From an uncultured Gammaproteobacteria bacterium (lineage in GTDB: Bacteria; Patescibacteriota; Microgenomatia; UBA8517), in assembly GCA_964568925.1 (NCBI GenBank), contig CAZMSJ010000001.1:1115-65114 (forward strand): DNA of 64,000 nt, in the 5' to 3' direction. How positions within the stretch are numbered: position 1 is the stretch's first letter; each line of letters begins with the position of its first letter. The position numbers and the translations under genes were made by a program. Positions 19,598 to 29,183 of this stretch are shown here, one piece after another. The notes under the pieces are model-generated. The model did no database searches and was not told the origin of the DNA. It was given only the letters and a program-made list of their open reading frames with translations.

Positions 19598-22477
19598 TTA
19601 ATGATCTTTCTTGCTTGCAAAGGACTGCGCACAGTATGGAGCAAATTCACACTCATTACAGAAAAAGTTTCCAGAACAACTAAAATCGCTTTCTTCAATT
19701 TGGCGACGCCACTCAAGTATTTCTTTTCGTGCTTCAGCCAGTTGTTGCATGGTTCTTTTGGTCTTAATTACTCGCAGTGGATCAAAATAAATTAATGTTA
19801 AATCAACAGAGTCAGGGGACACACCAAATGGCTTTTCGTATATCTCGGTTGCAGCCAGGGCATATATTGAAAGCTGGAGACTCTGATCTGCCTCTTTCTG
19901 AGTCATTGCATTAGCACCTGTTTTATAGTCAATAATTTCAATTCCGGTCGCTGTTTTTTGTATCCGGTCTATTACTCCGCCAACTTTTAAATCATCTATT
20001 TTAATTGCAAAAGGTGTTTCTACTCCTAAGGTTGTGGCCTCAGGTTCATAGAGCTCATCGACAAAGGTATCTATAAAGGTAGTAGCTCTCTGAAACATTT
20101 CTAACTCATGCTTTTTATTTAAATACCCTTCTCGTATCCAGTTTTTCTCTAAAATGTTTTTTCGTGCTTCAGCTACGGTAATTTGAGACTGATCTGTATA
20201 GAGATCTTTTAAGATTGCATGAAAGCTTGTACCAAAACTCTGCGCTGCTGTAGGCGCTGAAGGGAAGTTCATGATGTAGTGCAATTTATAGTGCAACGGA
20301 CACATTTTAAATGTTTCAATTTGTGAGAATGATAGGTAGGAAATAGAAAGCTTTTTACTGGTAACCTGTTGTTTCTCTACAGAAATTGAAGATTTATCAA
20401 GTGGTTTTCGTGAGGTTCTTGTGTGACTGTCTTCACTCCCCAGTGCTTCAGAAACAAAAATAGATACTTTCTTCTCTCGCTTTGCGTCTCCATAGAACTT
20501 GGCTGCAGTTAAGTATAAGTGGTCTTTGGCTCGAGTCATTCCGACATAAAACAATCGTCTTTCTTCTTGTAAATGAAAGTCACCTGAGGGGAGTGTCTCA
20601 GCAACTAGATCATCTGGAATTGGAATCTGCTCTTTGCGATCAGTACCTGGAAAACGAAGACTCACTAAATTAACAAGAAAGACTACGGGGAACTCAAGTC
20701 CCTTAGACGAGTGCACCGTCATGATTTTAACGGAATCATCATCTGACCAATCAATTTCAGCTGCAGATGGTGACTCACCTAAATCCATTTGTAGAACTAT
20801 CCAATTTAAAACATCCGCAACAGTAGCCTTTGGCATGTTTGTTTCGTATGCACGAATTTTTGCAAAAAATTTAGCGATATTTGAGGCCCTAGCTTCCCCT
20901 TCTGGAGAGGCATCTTTAAGAAGATAACTAAGCACTCCGACACGCTTCATATATTCATATAAAATCTCACCAGCTTTTGCGCTCGAAGTTTTCGCAATAT
21001 CAACGTATATTCCTGAAAGAAAATTGGCTATTTTTTCTCTCGAAGAAGGTGAGATTGACAACTCGTCACTATTTACAACAAGTGTTTCAAATAATGTGTC
21101 ATTATTTTTTCTCGCAAATGATGCAACACGAGCGACATCAACTGGATCAATTTCCAGTTCTTTTGAAACAAGCAATTCATAAAGTGCTTGAGAATCATGA
21201 ACGTTTACGAGTACTTTTAAGTAACTAATAAGCTGCGTTATTTCTGGCTGTTCAAAGAGCTTACCTGGCCCTAAAAATTGATATGGAATTCCTGCACCTT
21301 GAAGTGAATTAATAAAGGCAGCGGCGTGGCTATTTGCACGAACTAAAATTGCAAAATCTTTGTAAGAATATTCCGACAATAATTCAGATATCTTTTCGGT
21401 AACAAAATCAGCTTCCTCCTCAGCCGTTTGTAGCAATGAAAATTGAACAATGCCAGTCCCTTCTCGACTTGCGACAAGTCGCTTATCAATGTGCTCAAGG
21501 GCTTCGAGTCGATCAGGGTTATTGTGTTCAATAGCGTCATGTGCCCGATCTAGGATAAGCTGCAAACTTCTGTAGTTTTGTGTCAGGGTAACAAGCTTGA
21601 CGTTTTCAAAGTTTTTTCTGAAAGACAAAACGTTAGATACTGCAGCTCCACGGAAGCGATAGATTGATTGGTCATCGTCAGCCACAACAGTAATGTTTCC
21701 TGCAGTTCCTGATATCTGTTTAACTAATTCATTCTGTGCAAAGTTTGTGTCTTGAAACTCATCAACAAGAATATATTTAAACTTCTTTTTGTATTCTTTT
21801 AGTACATTGGGACGTGAACTAAAGAGTTCAATTGTTTTTACAATTACGTCACCGAAATCCATTAAAGAATTCCTAATTTTTAATTGGTCATAGGCAACAT
21901 ATGCGTTTGCAAGTTCGAGGTATTTTTCTACTTCTAAACGATCTTCATCTGCTTCATATGTTTCCTGCACTTTTGACTGTGCCCAGGATAGATACGTTTT
22001 AGGAAGAATATTCTCATCCTGAAGACGAGAGAAGTGAGTAAGGAGGCCAAAGAGAAACTTTGTAGGGTTTCCAAGTGGTCGAAAATAATTTAGTCCAAGA
22101 TCAAATATGTGAGTTGTAAGAAGATCAATTGACTCAGCGGTTGTCATTAATCGATAGGAAGGGTCAAGACCAATATGAATAGCACTCTCGCGAAGAATAC
22201 GATCACAGAAGCCATGGAAGGTCATTACCCACATAGTGGAGTACCCCAAGGGGAGTGCTTCATCTATTCTCATCTCCATCTCCTGAGCTGCCTTTTCAGT
22301 GAAGGTTAATGCAAGTATTTCACTCGGAGATGCAAGTTTTTGGGTGACTAAGTACTTAACACGTTCAGTGATAACGGTAGTTTTTCCTGTTCCTGCACCA
22401 GCAATGATTAATAGTGGACCATCTTTGTGGGTAATGGCTTCTGTTTGAGCTTGATTCAGTTTCTTCTCTTCTGACAT
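19598..22477 (-). CDS. UvrD-like helicase fused to C-terminal PD-(D/E)XK (RecB/Cas4-type) nuclease with 4-Cys cluster (AddA-like helicase-nuclease)
   Basis: GAGTGKTT Walker A, DEFQDTN, MTVHSSKGLEFPVVFLV. C-terminal GVIDRI...EIIDYKTG and CSGNFFCNECEFAPYC. Confidence 0.75.
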   Translation of the reverse strand: MSEEKKLNQAQTEAITHKDGPLLIIAGAGTGKTTVITERVKYLVTQKLASPSEILALTFTEKAAQEMEMRIDEALPLGYSTMWVMTFHGFCDRILRESAIHIGLDPSYRLMTTAESIDLLTTHIFDLGLNYFRPLGNPTKFLFGLLTHFSRLQDENILPKTYLSWAQSKVQETYEADEDRLEVEKYLELANAYVAYDQLKIRNSLMDFGDVIVKTIELFSSRPNVLKEYKKKFKYILVDEFQDTNFAQNELVKQISGTAGNITVVADDDQSIYRFRGAAVSNVLSFRKNFENVKLVTLTQNYRSLQLILDRAHDAIEHNNPDRLEALEHIDKRLVASREGTGIVQFSLLQTAEEEADFVTEKISELLSEYSYKDFAILVRANSHAAAFINSLQGAGIPYQFLGPGKLFEQPEITQLISYLKVLVNVHDSQALYELLVSKELEIDPVDVARVASFARKNNDTLFETLVVNSDELSISPSSREKIANFLSGIYVDIAKTSSAKAGEILYEYMKRVGVLSYLLKDASPEGEARASNIAKFFAKIRAYETNMPKATVADVLNWIVLQMDLGESPSAAEIDWSDDDSVKIMTVHSSKGLEFPVVFLVNLVSLRFPGTDRKEQIPIPDDLVAETLPSGDFHLQEERRLFYVGMTRAKDHLYLTAAKFYGDAKREKKVSIFVSEALGSEDSHTRTSRKPLDKSSISVEKQQVTSKKLSISYLSFSQIETFKMCPLHYKLHYIMNFPSAPTAAQSFGTSFHAILKDLYTDQSQITVAEARKNILEKNWIREGYLNKKHELEMFQRATTFIDTFVDELYEPEATTLGVETPFAIKIDDLKVGGVIDRIQKTATGIEIIDYKTGANAMTQKEADQSLQLSIYALAATEIYEKPFGVSPDSVDLTLIYFDPLRVIKTKRTMQQLAEARKEILEWRRQIEESDFSCSGNFFCNECEFAPYCAQSFASKKDH

Positions 22478-22494
22478 GACACAGTAGTATACCA

Positions 22495-22523
22495 TTGACT
22501 TTTACCTTGCTATGGGTTATAAT
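22495..22523 (+). promoter_or_regulatory. Consensus-like sigma70 promoter (TTGACT-17-TATAAT) for SPFH gene
   Basis: ttgacttttaccttgctatgggttataat. Confidence 0.5.
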
Positions 22524-22642
22524 AATGCCCGCACATTTAAATCTTTCGTCCCCAAAAGGGAGATGAGAAAAGAATTATTTAATTCTTCTTTTTTCTCCCC
22601 TTTAAAAAGGGGGCGTTTATATAGGTCAATAAGGAGAATGCG

Positions 22643-23761
22643 ATGAGTAACTATCAAGGTGGTTCGGGTGTTTCAGCCTCGACTAAGGTCGGTGGAGTAA
22701 TCGCAGGCATCGTCGTAATTGTTGGTATTTTATGTATTGTGGTGTTCCCAAGTATCTTTGGGTACATTTTTCACAGCGTCGATGCAACTGAAATCGGAAT
22801 AAAAATCCACAATGGACAGGTCGACGAAATTCTCGGCCCCGGCATCTACACTGAACCCTTTGCCTTTTTCACGGACATTGTTAACGTGAAGGTGAATGGT
22901 ATCAATTTCCTGGCGGAAGATCCCGAAGTATTAACGAAGGATTTTCAGCGAATTGGAGTCCAGGTATCTGGACAGGTTTTTCGACCAACAATCGGAAGTA
23001 TGGATGTTAAGAAATGGTCACAATATCGAAGCATCTATTTGAACGATACAGATCTTGATGCAGTCATCCAATCACAATCTAAGCAGGCGATGAAAGTCTG
23101 TGTTGGAGGCAAAACATTTCAAGATGCAGCAGTTGGTGCAAGTCGCAACGACTTGCGCGAATGCATTGATAACGAACTGACAAAGCTAACCGCAGATATT
23201 GGACTTGTTATACAAAATCTGGTTGTGCCAGATATTATTCTGAGCGAACAATCGAAACAAAATCTTGATGCCCTTACAAATTCACGCCAACAAACAGCAC
23301 TTGCTCAGCAAGATGCCGAAAAGGCTGTTGCTGATGCTGCTCGTGATCTGGCTGTAAGTCAGGGACAGATTCAAGTAGAGCAAGGCAAAATCCAAGAGAC
23401 GCTGCGTCAAGAAACGATCTCAGCAGATCTTGAGAAACAAAAGACCGAAGCTCAACTTGCAGTCATTACTGCGGCAAAAGAGAATGAGCTTTTCATTGCG
23501 CAGAAAAATCTTGAAATTGCAGAGGCTAACTTACAAGTAGCTGAAGTAGATGCGCGATCCAAGGTTGCAGCCGAGGTAGCACGAGCAAAGATTATTGAAA
23601 CTAATCCTGCTTATGGTATTTACTTGCAGGCTGTTGCATACGCAGAAGCGTTGAAAGATGCGACACTGACTATGATTCCAAGTGGATCAAATCCGTTTTT
23701 CATGTTCGGGAATGGTCAAACACCATCCGTTTCAATACCAACAGATTCCGGTTCTAAATAA
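22643..23761 (+). CDS. SPFH/band-7 (flotillin/HflK-like) membrane protein with long coiled-coil C-terminus
   Basis: N-terminal TM. GIKIHNGQVDEILGPGIYTEPFAFFTDIV is an SPFH-type core. Ala/Gln/Glu-rich coiled-coil tail. Confidence 0.55.
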   Translation: MSNYQGGSGVSASTKVGGVIAGIVVIVGILCIVVFPSIFGYIFHSVDATEIGIKIHNGQVDEILGPGIYTEPFAFFTDIVNVKVNGINFLAEDPEVLTKDFQRIGVQVSGQVFRPTIGSMDVKKWSQYRSIYLNDTDLDAVIQSQSKQAMKVCVGGKTFQDAAVGASRNDLRECIDNELTKLTADIGLVIQNLVVPDIILSEQSKQNLDALTNSRQQTALAQQDAEKAVADAARDLAVSQGQIQVEQGKIQETLRQETISADLEKQKTEAQLAVITAAKENELFIAQKNLEIAEANLQVAEVDARSKVAAEVARAKIIETNPAYGIYLQAVAYAEALKDATLTMIPSGSNPFFMFGNGQTPSVSIPTDSGSK

Positions 23762-23779
23762 CTGGAAATTGGAGTTTAA

Positions 23780-23959
23780 ATGGCTGCTCGATTGTTGCCA
23801 CTTATCTTACTCGTTTTATCGATATTTCTAATTGGGAAGTATGGATACGAGCTGGTAAATCATGTTAATAAACACCGAACTCGAGGGGACTGGGTAATTG
23901 TGGTTTTTATCAGTATTGTAGTACTGATCGCAATTATGTCCCGCATCAATCAGACCTAA
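23780..23959 (+). CDS. Small membrane protein (59 aa), below ORF-track length cutoff
   Basis: ATG at 23780 preceded by ggag. MAARLLPLILLVLSIFLIGKYGYELVNHVNKHRTRGDWVIVVFISIVVLIAIMSRINQT. Followed by a terminator. Confidence 0.3.
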   Translation: MAARLLPLILLVLSIFLIGKYGYELVNHVNKHRTRGDWVIVVFISIVVLIAIMSRINQT

Positions 23960-23962
23960 ACG

Positions 23963-23998
23963 CAGAGCCCTTCACACACAGTGTGGAGGGTTTTTTTA
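23963..23998. terminator. Bidirectional rho-independent terminator
   Basis: cccttcacacacagtgtggaggg stem-loop followed by TTTTTTT. Lies between convergent genes. Confidence 0.55.
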
Positions 23999-24004
23999 TT
24001 GTAG

Positions 24005-25024
24005 TTATTCAATTAGTGGTGTTTCTTTCTTCTCTAAATTCTTCGTTTGTGTAATCTTTTGCCCTAGAGAAGTAAACCCGGTTAACACCGTTGTCATCAT
24101 ATTATTTGCATTCACCATATGCTTCTGAAGTGTCCCCAAGTTCTCTTCAACTTTTCCATAGTCTTTCTGTATTGCACGCAGAGACGCGAGTATTTCTTTT
24201 GCTTGTGCTTCCACCTTTTGCCCTTCAAAACTCATCAAAATCGCTTTTAGGTATGCATAGAAGGTTGTTGGGGAAACAGGAAGAACCCGCTTTTCTCCTG
24301 CATAATCAAAAAGAGTAGCACTGTTAACAACTTCATAATAGACTGCCTCACTTGGTACATACATTAATGCATAATCAATCGTACCTTCGTCAGTTAAAAT
24401 GTACTTTCTTGAGATTGCATCAATATGCAATTTAATATCTCGTTCAAATTGTTTTCGAAGCCCTGCTTGTTCTTCATCAGTTTGGGCAGCCATCATCTTT
24501 TGAAAGTTTTCCATTGGAAACTTTGAATCAATAGGAATAAAGCCGCCACTGGTTTTAACCAATGCATCTACTTTTTCACCAGAACGGAAAGCATATTGCA
24601 AGAAGTATGAATCCTTTGGGAGGGATTGAGACAGAAGCTCTTTTAATATGTGTTCACCTAAGTTACCTCGAAGCTTTGGGCTTCGAAGAAACGACTGCAG
24701 GTCTTTCATTGACCGTCCAATCTCACTCATCTCACCAACGTTTCTTGAAACATCTGACAAAAGTCGTGCTGTCTGATCTAGTCGTGAATTAAGTGACTCA
24801 CTATTTCGAGATAAATTTTCAAGTAACATCCTGCGATCTGAACCGGAGGACTCTTGCAACATTCTCATGATTTCAATCATTTCAGGTGAAGAGGTATTCT
24901 TTCGATTTACTAAATATGCAATGACAGAGAAGCCAACAATAAGTATGATGAGGAAAAGAATTTCCATGAAACCCATTATACCGTTCTCAAGCAAAATACA
25001 AAAAAGACATGAGACGTTAACCAA
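24005..25024 (-). CDS. rmuC: DNA recombination protein RmuC
   Basis: N-terminal TM, long coiled-coil, C-terminal YALMYVPSEAVYYEVV RmuC-domain motif. Confidence 0.6.
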   Translation of the reverse strand: MVNVSCLFCILLENGIMGFMEILFLIILIVGFSVIAYLVNRKNTSSPEMIEIMRMLQESSGSDRRMLLENLSRNSESLNSRLDQTARLLSDVSRNVGEMSEIGRSMKDLQSFLRSPKLRGNLGEHILKELLSQSLPKDSYFLQYAFRSGEKVDALVKTSGGFIPIDSKFPMENFQKMMAAQTDEEQAGLRKQFERDIKLHIDAISRKYILTDEGTIDYALMYVPSEAVYYEVVNSATLFDYAGEKRVLPVSPTTFYAYLKAILMSFEGQKVEAQAKEILASLRAIQKDYGKVEENLGTLQKHMVNANNMMTTVLTGFTSLGQKITQTKNLEKKETPLIE

Positions 25025-25339
25025 GAGAAGATACTTCTACCCAGCACTCTTTCTTGATTTTGTCTTGTGGACATTGGTTGCCCTAACCATTGTTGGAACA
25101 AACCCTGACACTCTCTGGGCTAAAATCTTCTTTTTCCTCTTTCTGTTTCTTGCTCTGTTTCTGTTTCTCGCTTTAATCTTTGACAACTCACGACGTGGAA
25201 TCTTAATTACTCTATCAATAACAATTTTTCTCTTCCTTCGTATTTTGGGAGTAGGGACACTGGTTAATGCACTGCTACTTATTGCAATTGGTATTGCAGC
25301 CGAAATGTACCTAAAATCTCCGTGATATACTGCCAACTA

Positions 25340-25720
25340 ATGACAAGGAATTCAAAAATACAGGTAAATACACACCTAAAAAGAGAAATTGAAAGAGGAT
25401 TTGTAAAGACACTGTCAGACTTAAAATCAGTAGAACAATTGAGTGTCTTTGTTCACGACTTCTTCTCAGAGTCTGAGATTGAATCAATGACAAAACGGCT
25501 CGCCATTGCCTATTGGCTAAAAAAGGGCAGAAGTTACCGAAATATCATAGATAACTTAAAGGTAAGTGCCGCAACCGTTGCCTCAGTCCAAGAATCTATG
25601 AATAAAGAAGGCTTCAAATTAGCCCTAAAACAGCTTGAGGCTGAGGAATGGGCAAACAAGTGGAGTGAACGCATTAAAAGGATCGTTAAAACCTCCCCAA
25701 AACAACACCCCATAACTTGA
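25340..25720 (+). CDS. TrpR-like (YerC/YecD family) DNA-binding protein
   Basis: LSVFVHDFFSESEIESMTKRLAIAYWLKKGRSYRNIIDNLKVSAATVASV matches the Trp-repressor-like family. Confidence 0.55.
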   Translation: MTRNSKIQVNTHLKREIERGFVKTLSDLKSVEQLSVFVHDFFSESEIESMTKRLAIAYWLKKGRSYRNIIDNLKVSAATVASVQESMNKEGFKLALKQLEAEEWANKWSERIKRIVKTSPKQHPIT

Positions 25721-25783
25721 CTTTTTAGCCTTTTTGAGGTACAATAAAGTACTTATTTTGCAGATAGATCAAGGAGTCTTCAA

Positions 25784-26167
25784 ATGACTGACTATAGCAA
25801 GATTGCGAATGCCGCAGAGTATTTTTTGGAGCTGGCATCTGAAGCCTTCAATCGTGTGATTGAAGCACGAAGTATTGTATGGGCAAACGCCCAACCCAAA
25901 ATTGATTTTAAAAGAATGCCACTTCTGGAAGGGGCGTTCTCGGGTCTTTTTTACCCAGATAAGGGTTTTAATATCTTGGTTATTTTTGACCAAGACAATG
26001 GAGGGTACACGACTTACCGTGTACTAACCCAAGTTGGCAAGGAGTATTTTCTCGCCACGATCAAGATCGATGACGAGAACGTCATCGGAGTTGAAGTGGA
26101 AGCATCGAGCAGCCCACTCGTGTATGAGAGGTTTGCGTTCAGACACGGAATGTGGGTAGTCGTCTAA
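25784..26167 (+). CDS. Hypothetical protein (127 aa)
   Basis: ORF with RBS-like caaggag upstream. No family recognised. Confidence 0.35.
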   Translation: MTDYSKIANAAEYFLELASEAFNRVIEARSIVWANAQPKIDFKRMPLLEGAFSGLFYPDKGFNILVIFDQDNGGYTTYRVLTQVGKEYFLATIKIDDENVIGVEVEASSSPLVYERFAFRHGMWVVV

Positions 26168-26242
26168 CCTCTTTTTTGACCCTCCGCATGTCGGGGGGTT
26201 CATTTTGTGCTAAAATACCCTCACTATAGTACGTTTAAGACT

Positions 26243-27658
26243 ATGAATAAAAAATTCTATATAACCACAACCTTGCCCTATGTAAATGCAGACCCACACA
26301 TTGGTTTTGCTTTAGAGATTGTGCAAGCAGATGTCATTGCCAGAATGAAAGCAATTGAAGGGTTTGATGTCTTTTTTAATTTTGGAACAGATGAACATGG
26401 ATTGAAAATCTTCAGAAAAGCTCAAGAGCAACACATTGACCCAAAAGAGTACTGTGATGCTTTTGCCGCTAAATTTGATGAACTTAAAAAGGCACTAAAC
26501 CTCTCATACAACAACTTCATTCGTACAACAGATCCACATCACCTGTCAGCTGCTCAAGAGTTTTGGCGAAGATCAAAAGAAAATGGAGACATCTATAAAA
26601 AGGACTATGAAGTAAAATACTGTGTTGGTTGTGAACTTGAAAAAACTGACTCAGAACTTGTAGAGAATAGATGTCCGTTGCACCCAAATCAAGAAATTGA
26701 AATTATTCATGAAGAAAACTACTTCTTCCGCTTCTCAAAGTACCAAGAACCGCTTCTTGCCTTCTATAAAGAACACCCTGATTTTGTAATACCAGCTTTC
26801 AGACAAGCAGAGATTACAAAGTTTGTATCAGAAGGACTTTCTGACTTTAGTATCTCTCGACTGAAATCAAAAATGCCGTGGGGAGTGGATGTACCAGATG
26901 ACAGTGAACATGTTATGTATGTGTGGTTTGATGCATTAATTAACTACATCTCTGCCCTTGGTTGGCCAGAGAACACAGAGAAGTTTGAAAACTTTTGGCC
27001 AGGGCTACAAGTTGCAGGGAAAGACAACTTGAGACAACAAACAGCTATCTGGCAAGCAATGCTCATGTCAGCAGGTCTCCCAAACTCAAAGCAGGTGTTT
27101 ATTCATGGATTCATCACCGCAAATGGACAGAAGATGAGTAAAAGTTTAGGGAATGTGGTAAACCCCTATGAAATCGTCGAAAAATACGGAACTGATACCA
27201 CTCGATACTATTTATTAGCCAAAGTAAGTCCAGTTGAAGATGGTGACTTTACAAAAGAAAAGTTTGAGGAAGCATATACAGCAGATCTAGCCAATGGTCT
27301 CGGGAACTTAACCAGTCGTGTAGCCAAAATGGTACAAAATGCAGGACTATCTGTGCCCTTGGTTACTCTTTCCACAAGCCCAGAGGTTATTAAACACGTA
27401 GAGGCGTATGAATTTGATAAAGCCTTGTTTTCTATCTGGGAGAGGATTCGAGAGTGCGACAAACTCATTAACGAAAAAGAAGTCTGGAAACTTGCCGGGA
27501 CTGAGCAAAAAGAGGTACTTAGTAAGCTTGTTACTTCAATTCGACAGATTGCCTTTGATTTGCAAGCGTTCCTTCCTGAAACAGCTCAAAAAATTGGGGA
27601 TCAATACAATACAGAGTCAGTCCAGTCTGGTAACCCTCTTTTCCCAAGACTACAATAA
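26243..27658 (+). CDS. metG: Methionine--tRNA ligase
   Basis: HIGH motif (PHIGFALE) and KMSKS (KMSKSLGN). Class I anticodon-binding tail. Start taken at MNKKFYITT. Confidence 0.85.
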   Translation: MNKKFYITTTLPYVNADPHIGFALEIVQADVIARMKAIEGFDVFFNFGTDEHGLKIFRKAQEQHIDPKEYCDAFAAKFDELKKALNLSYNNFIRTTDPHHLSAAQEFWRRSKENGDIYKKDYEVKYCVGCELEKTDSELVENRCPLHPNQEIEIIHEENYFFRFSKYQEPLLAFYKEHPDFVIPAFRQAEITKFVSEGLSDFSISRLKSKMPWGVDVPDDSEHVMYVWFDALINYISALGWPENTEKFENFWPGLQVAGKDNLRQQTAIWQAMLMSAGLPNSKQVFIHGFITANGQKMSKSLGNVVNPYEIVEKYGTDTTRYYLLAKVSPVEDGDFTKEKFEEAYTADLANGLGNLTSRVAKMVQNAGLSVPLVTLSTSPEVIKHVEAYEFDKALFSIWERIRECDKLINEKEVWKLAGTEQKEVLSKLVTSIRQIAFDLQAFLPETAQKIGDQYNTESVQSGNPLFPRLQ

Positions 27659-27671
27659 ACATACCCCACCC

Positions 27672-29165
27672 ATGATAAATAGATTTATCAATAACCATGA
27701 AAAGGGAGTGCTTCGTGCCCTCGAAATTTTGCCAGGTTTTGTGTCTTGGAACTTAATTCTTTTTCCATACTGGGGTATCTTTGTCATCCCCAACGCCGTT
27801 GCCTATTTTATTCTTCTGTTTAACATCTATTGGTTCTATCAGTCCTTAACCATTGCCTTAACGGCAACCATCTCTCATTTGCGTATTCAAGCCTCGATGA
27901 ATTTTGATTGGATGGGTGACAATCAAAGTTTCCCTGACTTAGATGAAGTTCGACATTTAGTCATTATCCCAACATATAAAGAACCTCTCAAAACTCTTGA
28001 GCGAACATTCCAATCATTAGCTGATCAGGATCTACCTACCAAGCACATTGTTCCGGTCCTTGCGATGGAGGCCAAAGAACCAGAAGAAGATCGAAACATG
28101 AAAGTTGCTGCACTCAGAAAACAATTTGGTCATCTGTTTCCAGAATTTACGGTTACGGTACACACCTTGTCAGAAGGGGAAATCGTCGGAAAGGCAAGTA
28201 ACGAGCGATATGCCGCAATCTGGATGAAGAAGCACTATATAGATGAGAAGAAAAAAAACATTGACTACGTAACAGTGACCAGTTGTGACGCAGATCATGT
28301 GTTTCATAAAAAGCATTTTGCCTGTCTTACCTTCAAATTTTTAGATAACCCAGATAGATATCGACGATTCTGGCAACCAGCAGTACTTTTCTACAATAAT
28401 ATTTGGGAAATCCCAGCAATTACTCGGGTGCCTAACACTTTTATGTCTTTGTGGAACTTGTCTCAACTTCCTCGACGAGACAGACTTATTAACGGACAAA
28501 ACTATTCACTTTCATTTAAATTGTTGTCTGAAGTTGATTATTGGGATGCAGATAAAATTCCAGAAGATTGGGGAATATTTTTTAAGTCGTTTTACAAAAT
28601 GGGGGGAGGTATTGAAGTTGAACCAATTTATTTGCCTCTCTACACCGATGCTGCTCAATCAACAACAACATGGAAAACAATTAAGAATCAGTATGAACAA
28701 TTAAAGAGATGGGCATGGGGTGCCTCAGACGATCCTTGGATTATTAAAAACTATTTCACAACACCAAACGTTCCGTTCTTTGACAAAACAATGAGACTTA
28801 TTACTGTTATCTGGGCACACTTTTTGTGGCCTGTTAACTGGTTTATCATTACCATTGGGTTAACCGTTCCAACCCTTCTAAATCCAGCATTTGGTCGAAC
28901 AACCCTTGGCTACATGGTTCCTCAGATTTCTTCCTTTGTCTTAACCATAGGCTTAAGTTTCTTAATCGTGCTTTTAGTCCTTGATAGTATCTATAAGCCA
29001 AAGAGACCAAAGAACTTCCCATTGTGGAGAGCCGTTATCATGCCACTCGAGTTTGTATTGATGCCAATCACTGGTTTTATCTTTGGGGCACTTCCAGGAC
29101 TTGATGCACATACCCGCTTAATGCTTGGCAAATATATCGAGTACAAGGTCACAGAAAAAGTTTGA
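27672..29165 (+). CDS. GT2-family membrane glycosyltransferase (cellulose synthase/NodC-like processive type)
   Basis: D, DxD (SCDADH) and QxxRW (QLKRWAWG) motifs with N- and C-terminal TM helices. ORF track start 27408 overlaps metG; MINRF at 27672 preferred. Confidence 0.6.
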   Translation: MINRFINNHEKGVLRALEILPGFVSWNLILFPYWGIFVIPNAVAYFILLFNIYWFYQSLTIALTATISHLRIQASMNFDWMGDNQSFPDLDEVRHLVIIPTYKEPLKTLERTFQSLADQDLPTKHIVPVLAMEAKEPEEDRNMKVAALRKQFGHLFPEFTVTVHTLSEGEIVGKASNERYAAIWMKKHYIDEKKKNIDYVTVTSCDADHVFHKKHFACLTFKFLDNPDRYRRFWQPAVLFYNNIWEIPAITRVPNTFMSLWNLSQLPRRDRLINGQNYSLSFKLLSEVDYWDADKIPEDWGIFFKSFYKMGGGIEVEPIYLPLYTDAAQSTTTWKTIKNQYEQLKRWAWGASDDPWIIKNYFTTPNVPFFDKTMRLITVIWAHFLWPVNWFIITIGLTVPTLLNPAFGRTTLGYMVPQISSFVLTIGLSFLIVLLVLDSIYKPKRPKNFPLWRAVIMPLEFVLMPITGFIFGALPGLDAHTRLMLGKYIEYKVTEKV

Positions 29166-29183
29166 TGATGGTATAGTGAATGC

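Noticed and set aside
27408-27671. ORF-track start of the GT2 gene overlapping 250 nt of metG
   Set aside because: An overlap with a conserved aaRS gene is implausible. An internal Met (MINRF, 27672) just after the metG stop gives a normal N-terminus.
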